Positions 26,748 through 36,241 are shown, numbered from the stretch's first letter. The stretch is DNA of 64,000 nt from Oscillospiraceae bacterium (GCA_017536405.1 JAFXHL010000026.1:9036-73035), one strand, 5' to 3'. Notes: generated by a model not told the origin, from the sequence alone. Program-made: numbers and translations.

Positions 26748-26773
26748 TTTGTATTCACCTCTTTTCTAAGGGT

Positions 26774-28831
26774 TTAGATAGAAATATTTCCTACCGCCTG
26801 AATCTGAACGGAATTGTCGATTTCATTGAATGAAAGAACAATTACATTAGGGATAAACTGGTCTATGAGTTTTTTGAAATAAACTCTTACTATGGGGGAT
26901 GTTAAGACTATCGGTGTAGGAATAACATCCCTTACTTTATCAAGTTGCATCTGTAACGACTGAACTATCGCCTGAATTGTTTCGGGGTCAAGAGCAAGGT
27001 ATGAGCCCTGTTCCGACTTTTTGACAGCGCCGACAATTTTATTTTCAACGCCTGCGTCGAGAGTAATAACTCTTATCTGACCTGCATCGTTGAAACGGCG
27101 GGTGATAGTTCTTTTAAGCGCCTGACGGACATATTCTGTTGTTATATCCATATCTTTTAAGGAACTTGAATAATCTGAAAGTGTTTCGAGAATTGTCTGT
27201 AAATCCCTTATCGGAACGCCCTCTTTAAGAAGGTTTCCGAGAACTTTCTGTAAATAAGCTATCGAAACAACATTCGGGACTGTATCCTCAACAATGGCAG
27301 GGTTTGTTTCCTTTAACTTGTCAACCATTGTCTTGACATCCTGTCTTGAAAGAAGTTCGTTAGCGTGTGATTTTATGATTTCAGAGAGATGTGTAATCAT
27401 GACGGATGTCGGGTCGATAAGGGTATAACCTGCGATATCCGCCATAATCTTCTTATCTTCGGGAATCCATTTTGCAGGGATATGGAATGCGGGTTCAATG
27501 GTATCAATACCGTCGATTTCCTGAGAAACGCTTCCGTTATCAAGGGCAAGGTAATGGTCGATAAGAATTTCACCGTCGGCAACAGCCTCTCCCTTAATCT
27601 TGATTACATATTTATTGGGGTTTATGTTCTGATTATCCCTCATTCTTACAGAGGGGAAAACCATACCCATTTCCTGTGCAAACTGTTTTCTGAAGATAAC
27701 AACTCTTTCTATGAATGTTCCCCCCGCGCTTTCATCGGCAAGAGGAATAAGGCTGTAACCGAATTCCATTTCTATAGGTTCAACGCTGAGGAGTTTATAT
27801 ACATTGTCGATATCCTTATAATATTCCGTTTCGGAAAGTGCTTCCCCAGCCTGTTTTTCCTTTTCGGCAGCTTCTTCTTCGGCAGACTTTCCGTTTAAAG
27901 TTCTGTTGAGTGTAAAGCCTAACGCTATAAGCCCTGCGCCTGTGATTAAAAGCTGAGGCTTCGGGAAACCGGGGATAACCATAAGGCAGATAATAACGCC
28001 ACCTGCTATCATAATAGCGACAGGCTGACGAGAGAACTGACCGATAACATCTGTGTTAAGGTCGGTTTCTGAGGCTGTTCTTGTTACAATCATACCCATC
28101 GCGGTTGAGATGAAAAGTGCAGGCAACTGTGAACAAAGACCATCGCCTATTGTTGCTATTGTATAGGTTGAAATGCAGGTACCGAAGTCCATACCTTCCA
28201 TAACCATACCCATAATAACGCCGCCGATTAAGTTTATAAAGGCCGTTACTATCGACATTATCGAGTCGCCCTTTACAAACTTGCTGGCTCCGTCCATCGC
28301 TCCGAAAAAGTCAGCTTCACGCTGAACATCGGCTCTTCTTCTTTTAGCTTCCTGTTCGTCGATAAGCCCTGTATTGAGGTCGGCGTCGATAGCCATCTGT
28401 TTACCGGGCATCGCATCGAGGGTGAATCGCGCTGAAACTTCTGATACACGCTCAGCACCCTTTGTGATAACTAAAAACTGAACGATAACTATGATTATGA
28501 ATATGATAAAACCTACTGCGGCATTTCCCTGAATAACGAACTCGCCGAAGGTTTTGACAACCTTGCCCGCGTCGCCCGCGTTTCCGAGGATTTGTCTTGT
28601 GGTTGAAATGTTAAGCCCTAATCTAAAAAGGGTTGTTATAAGGAGAATCGAGGGGAAAACCGAGAAATCGAGAACATTCTTGATAAGCATCGACATAAGG
28701 AGAATTGTGAGAGAAAGCGCTATATTTATAACGATAGCAAAGTCTATAAGCCCCGTTGGTAAGGGGATGATGATAAGTACAACAACAAGTATTACAAATA
28801 TTGCTACTGCACTATTTAGTATCTTTCTCAT
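26774..28831 (-). CDS. flhA: Flagellar export apparatus protein FlhA
   Basis: 685 aa. FEFVIQGN-type region, ARFTLDAMPGKQMAIDADL, and a large cytoplasmic C-domain. Confidence 0.97.
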   Translation of the reverse strand: MRKILNSAVAIFVILVVVLIIIPLPTGLIDFAIVINIALSLTILLMSMLIKNVLDFSVFPSILLITTLFRLGLNISTTRQILGNAGDAGKVVKTFGEFVIQGNAAVGFIIFIIIVIVQFLVITKGAERVSEVSARFTLDAMPGKQMAIDADLNTGLIDEQEAKRRRADVQREADFFGAMDGASKFVKGDSIMSIVTAFINLIGGVIMGMVMEGMDFGTCISTYTIATIGDGLCSQLPALFISTAMGMIVTRTASETDLNTDVIGQFSRQPVAIMIAGGVIICLMVIPGFPKPQLLITGAGLIALGFTLNRTLNGKSAEEEAAEKEKQAGEALSETEYYKDIDNVYKLLSVEPIEMEFGYSLIPLADESAGGTFIERVVIFRKQFAQEMGMVFPSVRMRDNQNINPNKYVIKIKGEAVADGEILIDHYLALDNGSVSQEIDGIDTIEPAFHIPAKWIPEDKKIMADIAGYTLIDPTSVMITHLSEIIKSHANELLSRQDVKTMVDKLKETNPAIVEDTVPNVVSIAYLQKVLGNLLKEGVPIRDLQTILETLSDYSSSLKDMDITTEYVRQALKRTITRRFNDAGQIRVITLDAGVENKIVGAVKKSEQGSYLALDPETIQAIVQSLQMQLDKVRDVIPTPIVLTSPIVRVYFKKLIDQFIPNVIVLSFNEIDNSVQIQAVGNISI

Positions 28832-28863
28832 TCTTTCTTCTCCTGTTTTATGTGTGTATAGCC

Positions 28864-29949
28864 CTAAGGTCTCGAGAGGTTCTGAACCTCATAGACCCAT
28901 GTGTAGATTGTTGCGATTTCTTCATAGAATGCAGGGGGAATATATTTTCCGAGGTCAACTTCATCATATAAAGCGTGAGCAAGTGGAATATTTTCCTGCA
29001 TTAAAACTTTATGCTCTGTCGCTACTTCTATTATCTTCATAGCGACATTGTCAGCACCCTTTGCTATAACTCTCGGTGCTACATCTTTATCCTTGTCATA
29101 CTGAATGGCAATAGCGATATGAGTAGGGTTTCGGATGACAACATCCGCTTTGGGAACTTCCTGCATCATTCTCTGCATAGCCATCTGCTGTTGTTTCTGT
29201 TTTATCTTTCCCTTTATCTTGGGGTCGCCTTCGGTCTGCTTGTATTCTTCCTTTACTTCTTCCTTGGTCATCATAAGGTCTTTCTTGTATTTCCATCGCT
29301 GGAACATGAAATCCGCTATGGCAACAACGGCAAAAGCAATACTTACCGCTATTACTATATCAAAGATAACCTGACAGGTATATACAAATGCAGAGAGGAT
29401 ATCTGTGTCATAAAGCCTTGCAAGATAGGGAATCTGGTCACGGAGTTCTATCCATATGATAACGATTATAATAACGATTTTCGCTATCGACTTCAAAAGC
29501 TCGACAACCTGTCTTACAGAAAACATATTCTGTATTCCCGTTATGGGATTGAAACGGTCGAGTTTTATCTTCATCGATTCCGTTGAAAAGAGAAATCTCG
29601 TCTGAACTCCCGTTGTTATTATCGTTAAAAGAATTGATATCAAAAGAAGAGGCCCTGCCGAAACGCCGACAGTTATCGCTATTCTTATGAAGATATTCAA
29701 GATGTCGCCCTCTTCTAAAACCCATACACCGTCAGAAACATTCCCCGAAACCTGTGAAAACCAATACTGCATCGAGTTGAAAAGCTGTGTATAGATGAGT
29801 TTTCCGAACATCTTCAAAAGCCAGAACATCGCTATTACGGATACTGCTGTGATTACTTCCTTACTTAAAGGGACATGCCCTTTTTCGCGTTCTTTCTGTA
29901 GTTTCCGGGAAGTAGGCTGTTCGGTTTTTTCAGATCCTGAATCTGCCAT
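28864..29949 (-). CDS. flhB: Flagellar export switch protein FlhB
   Basis: 361 aa. EKTEQPTSRKLQKEREKG N-terminus and the NPTH autocleavage motif (VVIRNPTHIAIAI). Confidence 0.97.
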   Translation of the reverse strand: MADSGSEKTEQPTSRKLQKEREKGHVPLSKEVITAVSVIAMFWLLKMFGKLIYTQLFNSMQYWFSQVSGNVSDGVWVLEEGDILNIFIRIAITVGVSAGPLLLISILLTIITTGVQTRFLFSTESMKIKLDRFNPITGIQNMFSVRQVVELLKSIAKIVIIIVIIWIELRDQIPYLARLYDTDILSAFVYTCQVIFDIVIAVSIAFAVVAIADFMFQRWKYKKDLMMTKEEVKEEYKQTEGDPKIKGKIKQKQQQMAMQRMMQEVPKADVVIRNPTHIAIAIQYDKDKDVAPRVIAKGADNVAMKIIEVATEHKVLMQENIPLAHALYDEVDLGKYIPPAFYEEIATIYTWVYEVQNLSRP

Positions 29950-29979
29950 AGCCTATATCCCCCCTTTACAAAGAAAAAT

Positions 29980-30786
29980 CTAAGGCATTATCATAGGAAG
30001 GACACTCTCGACGCTTTCCATCATATCCGCCATATATCTTTCGATAGCGTCAGACATGGGAACAGCGAGAACGAACATCAGAAGAAGTCCTGCTATAACT
30101 TTAAGCTGGATATTTATTGTCATAACCTGAATTGTGGGAACGGTTTTCATAAGAATACCTACGCACACTTCGATTATGATTTCTGCCATAACAACGGGCA
30201 TCGCAAGTTTTAAAGCAAGAGTAAACAAAACGCCCATATACTGAACTATTACATAAAGGACATTTGTGTCTATTGCCTCAAGCCCTAAAGGAATTATCTC
30301 ATAAGAAAGAAGATATATCCTTATCATCTGAAGATGCGAGTTTGTTATGAAAAAATATATGATGAACATATAGTTCATATATGTTCCGAAAAGTGCCTGT
30401 TGTGTCTGTGTTGAAGGGTCATATACCTTTGCCATGCCGAGTCCCGATGAGGTATCCATTATTTCACCTGCATAGAGAAGCATAGAGAGGAACATATTCG
30501 TTAAAAATCCGAGTATCAGTCCTACCGCTATTTCAAGAAAGATTGCAACGGCATACTCTAAAAAAGATTCATAGTTTACCGCCGATAAATCGGATGATGA
30601 AATAACACTTCCTGAAATAAGAAGTGTTAATGCCATAGTCGCTCCGACCTTTATCCTTGATGGGATATTTCTTCTCGAAAAAATCGGGTTAAAGGCAAAA
30701 ATCCCCGCGACCCTTGCGAATATAAGAATATTAGCCTGGGTGTTTGTCAATAAAGACTCCCAGAAAAGATAAGAATCACTCATCAT
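29980..30786 (-). CDS. fliR: Flagellar export protein FliR
   Basis: 268-aa polytopic membrane protein between fliQ and flhB. Confidence 0.9.
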   Translation of the reverse strand: MMSDSYLFWESLLTNTQANILIFARVAGIFAFNPIFSRRNIPSRIKVGATMALTLLISGSVISSSDLSAVNYESFLEYAVAIFLEIAVGLILGFLTNMFLSMLLYAGEIMDTSSGLGMAKVYDPSTQTQQALFGTYMNYMFIIYFFITNSHLQMIRIYLLSYEIIPLGLEAIDTNVLYVIVQYMGVLFTLALKLAMPVVMAEIIIEVCVGILMKTVPTIQVMTINIQLKVIAGLLLMFVLAVPMSDAIERYMADMMESVESVLPMIMP

Positions 30787-30798
30787 TTACCCCCAAGG

Positions 30799-31062
30799 CT
30801 AAAGTTTCGATATCTTGTCGAAAATTGAGGTTACAAAATCGTTCATCTGCGCCATTATCCATGATGCCATTATAAGCAAAAGAACAGCAATTCCTATAAG
30901 TTTCGGAACAAAGGTAAGGGTTTGTTCGTGAATCTGTGTTGCTGCCTGAAAAATAGCAATGATGAGACCTATTACCATACTGGTAAGAAGTGCAGGCGCT
31001 GCAAGTTGCAGAACAATCACCATACACTGTCTGAATATTTCAAGAACTTCGGTTTCAGTCAT
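30799..31062 (-). CDS. fliQ: Flagellar export protein FliQ
   Basis: 87 aa, two TM segments (LAAPALLTSMVIGLIIAIFQAATQIHEQTLTFVPK). Confidence 0.93.
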   Translation of the reverse strand: MTETEVLEIFRQCMVIVLQLAAPALLTSMVIGLIIAIFQAATQIHEQTLTFVPKLIGIAVLLLIMASWIMAQMNDFVTSIFDKISKL

Positions 31063-31076
31063 CTATAAAACCTCCG

Positions 31077-31970
31077 TCAGACATTGAATCCTGCGATGAG
31101 CGAGCCTATAAGAAGCTGCCATCCATCGACAAGAACGAACATAAGTATCTTGAACGGCATAGCTATCGTTGCGGGCGGAAGCATAATCATACCCATCGAC
31201 ATAAGCAGACTCGATACTACTATATCTATTATGAGAAAAGGAACGAAAATCAGAAAGCCTATTGTAAAGGCCTTTTTGATTTCGCTTAAAATATATGCGG
31301 GTGTTATTGTCTTGAAGCTTATATTCATAGCCTCTTCGCCCATAACAAATTCCTCGCCCGAAATATCACAGAAAAATTCAAGACTTTCGGTTTCGGTCTG
31401 TTTAAGCATAAATTCCTTTAAGGGTGTTGTAGCCGCCGCGCAAGCCTCTATTGTAGTAAGTTCGCCGTTTTTATAGGGCTTGTATGCAACCTCGTTTACT
31501 TCTGAAAAAACGGGTGACATAATGAAAATTGTCAGGAAAAATGCAAGACCCACCATAACCTGATTCGGCGGAACAGTCTGCGTTCCCATAGCGGTCCGAA
31601 GAAGCGAAAATACAATAATGATTCTTGTAAAGCAAGTAAACATTAAAAGTATAGAAGGCGCTAAGGTAAGTATCGTTATGAGAATAACAAGGTCTAAAGT
31701 TCCGTTATTGTCATTTAAGGCTAAAAGCCCTAAAAGACCCGTATCGTCGTTATCCGTCGGGGGAATTTCATAGGGTGGAGCAGTTTCGGGGGGCATTGTT
31801 TCCTGCCCCTCCTGATAGGTTGTAACGGCGGGTTCTTCCGGACCTTCAAAAGTCGCATAGGCTTCAACCGACGAGAGAATACCTATACAAAAAAGAGATA
31901 ATATGAGCGAGAGAATAAATCCTGCTATATAGCGGGGAAGATGGTTTTTATTCGTTTTCATCCTGTTCAC
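31077..31970 (-). CDS. fliP: Flagellar export protein FliP with an N-terminal extension of about 95 aa
   Basis: Core TILTLAPSILLMFTCFTRIIIVFSLLRTAMG and PFKILMFVLVDGW. The N-terminus has a signal/TM segment followed by a Pro/Glu-rich segment. Confidence 0.93.
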   Translation of the reverse strand: MNRMKTNKNHLPRYIAGFILSLILSLFCIGILSSVEAYATFEGPEEPAVTTYQEGQETMPPETAPPYEIPPTDNDDTGLLGLLALNDNNGTLDLVILITILTLAPSILLMFTCFTRIIIVFSLLRTAMGTQTVPPNQVMVGLAFFLTIFIMSPVFSEVNEVAYKPYKNGELTTIEACAAATTPLKEFMLKQTETESLEFFCDISGEEFVMGEEAMNISFKTITPAYILSEIKKAFTIGFLIFVPFLIIDIVVSSLLMSMGMIMLPPATIAMPFKILMFVLVDGWQLLIGSLIAGFNV

Positions 31971-32337
31971 TACGCTCCTTCTTTTTTATAAGAGGCTTTA
32001 TATACGGGTGTTCTGCCGTTGCTTTTTTGAGGTTATCGAGAAAAGTTCCGTTTTCGTTCTGGGGGAGTTCTGTTTCTTCAGAAAATTCCCCTTCCGAAAA
32101 CTCATAGAGTTTATCTATATGCTGAGGGGTAACGCCCAGAAGCATATATTTCTCTCCTATCTTTACAACGATAAGGCTTTTATCCTGTGAAAGCATTTCT
32201 CTTTCAACAACTTTTATATGCTTTCCCGAAATGCTGTACATTCTTTTATGAAGCGCACGGCTCGCGTAGAATGTAAGGAATATAAGCGCAATAACTCCCA
32301 AAAGGGAGAGTATTGCAAGAAGTATTTCTTTAAGCAT
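31948..32337 (-). CDS. fliO: Flagellar biosynthesis protein FliO/FliZ
   Basis: 129 aa with a single N-terminal TM. KSLIVVKIGEKYMLLGVTPQHI. 23-nt overlap with fliP. Confidence 0.8.
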   Translation of the reverse strand: MLKEILLAILSLLGVIALIFLTFYASRALHKRMYSISGKHIKVVEREMLSQDKSLIVVKIGEKYMLLGVTPQHIDKLYEFSEGEFSEETELPQNENGTFLDNLKKATAEHPYIKPLIKKKERSEQDENE

Positions 32338-32345
32338 ATTTTTTA

Positions 32346-32708
32346 TTATCCGAGAATCTTCTGAACTGTCTGAAGAATTCTGTCGGGCTTGAAGGGCTTA
32401 ACGATAAAGTCAAGCGCACCGAGTTTGATAGCTTCGACAACCATTGATTCCTGTCCCATTGCGGAACACATAACAATCTTAGCTCCGGGATTTGACGCTT
32501 TGATGTCGCGGAGTGCTTCGATACCTGTCTTGTTGGGCATAGTGATGTCCATAATAACAAGGTCGGGCTTTTCTGCATCATATGTATTGCAAGCCTGTTC
32601 ACCGTCGGCTGCTTCGATGATGTTTGTATAGCCGTTCTTTGTGAGAGCATCCTTGATCATCATTCTCATGAATGCTGCGTCGTCTACAAGTAAAATTTTC
32701 TTATCCAT
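32346..32708 (-). CDS. cheY: Chemotaxis response regulator CheY
   Basis: 120 aa single REC domain. LLVDDAAFMR, VIMDITMP, FIVKPF. Confidence 0.95.
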   Translation of the reverse strand: MDKKILLVDDAAFMRMMIKDALTKNGYTNIIEAADGEQACNTYDAEKPDLVIMDITMPNKTGIEALRDIKASNPGAKIVMCSAMGQESMVVEAIKLGALDFIVKPFKPDRILQTVQKILG

Positions 32709-32711
32709 AAT

Positions 32712-34205
32712 TTACTCCTTACCTCCCAGAGAATCCAGGAATTTTGATTTGATTATTTCGGTTATTCTAACGGCGAAGTTATCTTCAATAACAACAACGT
32801 CGCCCTTTGCAATAAGGTTTCCGTTGACGATGATGTCTACGGGTGCGCCTGCCTGACGCTCAAGCTCGATTATCGTTCCCTGTGAGAAATCGAGGATATC
32901 TTTTACCTTTCTCTTTGCAGAGCCGATTTCAACGGTAACATCAAGAGGAACTCCCATAAGAAGTTTTAAGTTATCCGCCTGATCGTGTGATAATGTATCC
33001 GAACTGTATGATTCGAACGGATGCAACTGAGCGTTCTGTATCTTTACAGGGCTTGCCGCCGCCATCGGAGGAGGCGCCGCCTGCTGCGTAGGATAGCCAT
33101 AAGGCATCTGCGGAGGATAGCCGTAAGGCATCTGCTGCATAGGAGGCTGCTGATAACCCTGTGGTTGCTGATAACTCTGCTGCGGTGCAACTTGCTGCAC
33201 GGGAGCAGGTGCGGGGGCAGGTGTCGGTGCAGGAGCAGGGGCTGGTGTCGGAGGAGTTTCTCCTCTCATTCTTGCCATTTCCGCCTCGATTTCTTCCTGA
33301 CTCATCATTCCGCCGAATGACGGTGGTGGCTCGGGAGCGGAGGCAGGGGCAGATGACATTGCGCCCGACATTAATGCTTCGATTTCTTCCTGTGATAATG
33401 TTCCGCCCGATGATGAAGGAGCGGGAGCAGGAGCAGGTGACATAGCGCCTGACATTAAAGCTTCGATTTCTTCCTGCGATAATGTTCCGCCTGATGATGA
33501 TGGAGCGGGAGCAGATTCTGCCGCAGCAGCTTCTGCCGCCATAGCGTCATTCAGTGCGTCGTTATAGTTGTTCATCATCTTACCTGCCATAGTCTTTGCA
33601 AGGTCAAGAGAAAGAACCGATATAAATTCAGATTTGATAATTCCGTCAATGGTAAGGTCGAAAGAGATTTTAACAACGGGGTCTTCGGGGTTATCTGTCG
33701 GGAAGAAGTTTCTTCCTTCTGCGCTGTCTGAAACCTCAGCAACGGGAGTCGAAATGTCGATTGGTGTTGCTATAAGTTCACTGAGTGCTGTTGCCGAAGC
33801 GCCCATCATCTGATTCATAACTTCACAGACGGCGCTTATATTCATTTCATCGAACTGGAAATCGTCAGTAACAACGAGCGGCTGACCCATAAGCTGATTG
33901 AGGATAAGCTGAACGTCGCTCTGTTTAAGGACCATGACAGATGATCCCGATACTCCCATTATATATTCGATTTTTACATAGACGAAAGGTGCGAGATCCT
34001 GATAGGAAAGGGTTTTTGCCTTGACAACCTTAACCTGCGGGGTGGTGATCCATACTTTCGCATTGAGCAGATTGGATACCGCTGTTGCCGCAGATCCCAT
34101 CGTTATATTTTCTATCTCGCCGATAGCGTCTATTTCGACAGCACCGAAGCCTTCGACAACGAGTTCTTCTTCGACAGCCGAGATAGTATTTATTTCATTG
34201 CTCAT
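32712..34205 (-). CDS. fliY: Flagellar switch protein/phosphatase FliY (CheC-like domain + long linker + FliN domain)
   Basis: Both CheC-type sites are intact (DAIGEIEN-x22-P; SAVCEVMN-x22-P). C-terminal FliN domain (LDVTVEIGSAKRKVKDILDFSQGTIIELE..VNGNLIAKGDVVV). The linker holds three LSQEEIEA-type motifs and a Q/P/Y-rich tract. Confidence 0.93.
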   Translation of the reverse strand: MSNEINTISAVEEELVVEGFGAVEIDAIGEIENITMGSAATAVSNLLNAKVWITTPQVKVVKAKTLSYQDLAPFVYVKIEYIMGVSGSSVMVLKQSDVQLILNQLMGQPLVVTDDFQFDEMNISAVCEVMNQMMGASATALSELIATPIDISTPVAEVSDSAEGRNFFPTDNPEDPVVKISFDLTIDGIIKSEFISVLSLDLAKTMAGKMMNNYNDALNDAMAAEAAAAESAPAPSSSGGTLSQEEIEALMSGAMSPAPAPAPSSSGGTLSQEEIEALMSGAMSSAPASAPEPPPSFGGMMSQEEIEAEMARMRGETPPTPAPAPAPTPAPAPAPVQQVAPQQSYQQPQGYQQPPMQQMPYGYPPQMPYGYPTQQAAPPPMAAASPVKIQNAQLHPFESYSSDTLSHDQADNLKLLMGVPLDVTVEIGSAKRKVKDILDFSQGTIIELERQAGAPVDIIVNGNLIAKGDVVVIEDNFAVRITEIIKSKFLDSLGGKE

Positions 34206-34220
34206 CTTGTTTCATCAACC

Positions 34221-35216
34221 TCAATTCTTGTATATGTTATCTATTTTTATGGCTTTCTTGTTGTTGTATGTTCCGAGTTTGCCATCAAACCATATATTAT
34301 CGCCTATCTTAACATTTACATTCTTATCTATGCTTACATTAAGAGGGATAATATCGTTAACCTGTAAAGTAAGAATGTCGTAGAGGTCAACCTGCGTTTC
34401 AGCAAGTATTGCGTCGATTTTAAGGGGAGTTTCTTTTATTCCTCTTAAAATTTCTTCTCTTCTTTCTTCTTCTTTAGCAGGGTCAAAACGCTTTCTCATA
34501 GCGTATCTGTCGGCAAACTTGCCCATCATAGCTTCAAGATTCAATGCGGGGATACATACCGATATGGTATTCTTGATATTCTTGATTTCAACTTCAAGCA
34601 TTATGAGAATGATGATGTCATCGGGGCCTATCGACTGGAAAACTCGCGCGTTTGTTTCAAGACGCGACATCTTCGGGTTTATTTCGAGGTGGCTTGACCA
34701 CGCTTCGCCCTGAAGTTCTACCATCTTTGAAATAATGCCTTTCATAAGACCTATTTCGATTTCGGTAAAGTCACGCGAAACATCGCTGTATGTTCCGTAA
34801 CCGCCCATAAGTCTGTCCATCATTGTGAACGATATGGGGTTTGACATCTGGAATATCATAGAGGTATCCATAATATCCTCATCGTCTATATCAAGATTTA
34901 CTATCGCCATAAGAACATAATCGGGAAGAGCGTTGTTGTATTCATAGTATTTCTGTTCTTCTATCTGCAAAACATCAACCTTGCAGTAGACACGCATTAG
35001 TCCCGTAAGGTAAGAGGATAGCAGTCTGCTGTAATTTTCATAGATGCTGTCTATGATTTTAAGTTTTTCCTTGGTAAACTTCTTCGGCATTTTGAAGTCG
35101 TAAACCTTGGCTTTTTTATCCGTATTTTCGCTGATTTCTTCAAAGACCTTCGAACCGTTGGCACTGAAACTGTTCAGCAGTTCGTCAATCTGTTTCTGGG
35201 ATAAAACGTCAGCCAT
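34221..35216 (-). CDS. fliM: Flagellar switch protein FliM
   Basis: 331 aa. N-terminal MADVLSQKQIDELLNSF is the CheY-P docking peptide, followed by the FliM middle and C-terminal domains. Confidence 0.95.
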   Translation of the reverse strand: MADVLSQKQIDELLNSFSANGSKVFEEISENTDKKAKVYDFKMPKKFTKEKLKIIDSIYENYSRLLSSYLTGLMRVYCKVDVLQIEEQKYYEYNNALPDYVLMAIVNLDIDDEDIMDTSMIFQMSNPISFTMMDRLMGGYGTYSDVSRDFTEIEIGLMKGIISKMVELQGEAWSSHLEINPKMSRLETNARVFQSIGPDDIIILIMLEVEIKNIKNTISVCIPALNLEAMMGKFADRYAMRKRFDPAKEEERREEILRGIKETPLKIDAILAETQVDLYDILTLQVNDIIPLNVSIDKNVNVKIGDNIWFDGKLGTYNNKKAIKIDNIYKN

Positions 35217-35250
35217 ACAGCAAAACCCCCTCCTTTCGTGCTGGAATTAT

Positions 35251-36204
35251 TTATTCGGTATCCGTCGTTTCCTCGGGATTTTCTTCTGTTTCGTCTGTAA
35301 TTTCTGTTTCTTCTCCCTCGGTTTCTTCGGGGAGATTTTCTTCACTTTCTGTTTCTGAAGGATTTTCGTTACCTGTATAGATAACATTTCCGAGAGCGTC
35401 AATGGGTGCGACATTTACCTTGTTCCTGCCGTATTCCATATCTAAAAATTCCTGAATAACGGCGGGGTTTGAATAGTCAACATCGCTTCTTGCTATTGTG
35501 ATTTCAACTCTTCGGTTGTTTCTTCTTCCTTCGGGAGTGTCGTTTGTATCGACGGGACGATATCCACCATAACCCGATGATGATAACTTATCGGGAGAGA
35601 TGAACTGGAGTTCCATCATATATCTTACAACATTGTTTGCTCTGTCTGATGAAAGAGTCCATTCGTCAACGGGAGAAGCAGGTGCTCTTGCGGTGTGTCC
35701 GCTTACCTTTATTCCGAGGATAAGATGGTCAACCGACTTGAATGCAGGGGCTATGCCCTCTAAAACCTTTCTTCCCGAGGGCTGTAAGGTTGCGCTGTCG
35801 GGTTCAAAGAAGATATTATCCCTGAATTTGAGGGTTATTCCCGCTGCGCCCTTTTCGAGTTCAATAGAAGCCGAAAGGTCGTTATCCGCTATAAACTGCG
35901 AAAGGAACTGATAAAGCTGGTCGAATGTCTCGGGTGTTTCAGCAACCTGTGAAGCATTGAGCTCGGGGTCTTCAAGAAGATTTCCCGTAGGGTCTAAAAC
36001 ATCAACCTGTTCAGCAACAACCGCGTTTATAACTTTACCCATTGATGAGAATGCCTGTGCGATATACTGGAATTTCAACTCGTCCATTGTGGACATAGAG
36101 TAAAGAAGTACGAAAAAGCAGAGTATCAGAGTTATCATATCGGCATAGGTATCAAGCCAGCTTCCGCCACTTTCGCCGTTGCCGCCGCCTCTTCTTCTTG
36201 CCAT
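35251..36204 (-). CDS. motB: Flagellar stator protein MotB (OmpA-like), with an acidic C-terminal tail
   Basis: WLDTYADMITLILCFFVLLYSMS is the TM segment with the conserved Asp. OmpA-like GHTA..NRRVEI. About 45 aa of Glu/Thr-rich tail. Confidence 0.93.
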   Translation of the reverse strand: MARRRGGGNGESGGSWLDTYADMITLILCFFVLLYSMSTMDELKFQYIAQAFSSMGKVINAVVAEQVDVLDPTGNLLEDPELNASQVAETPETFDQLYQFLSQFIADNDLSASIELEKGAAGITLKFRDNIFFEPDSATLQPSGRKVLEGIAPAFKSVDHLILGIKVSGHTARAPASPVDEWTLSSDRANNVVRYMMELQFISPDKLSSSGYGGYRPVDTNDTPEGRRNNRRVEITIARSDVDYSNPAVIQEFLDMEYGRNKVNVAPIDALGNVIYTGNENPSETESEENLPEETEGEETEITDETEENPEETTDTE

Positions 36205-36241
36205 TCTCTCACTTCCTGTCTTGTTTAATATCGTTTGTTAT

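Noticed and set aside
30776-31027. 83-aa ORF overlapping fliQ in another frame
   Set aside because: The in-frame FliQ ORF (30799..31062) has the expected two-TM sequence. The overlapping ORF is Cys/Ser/Tyr-rich noise.
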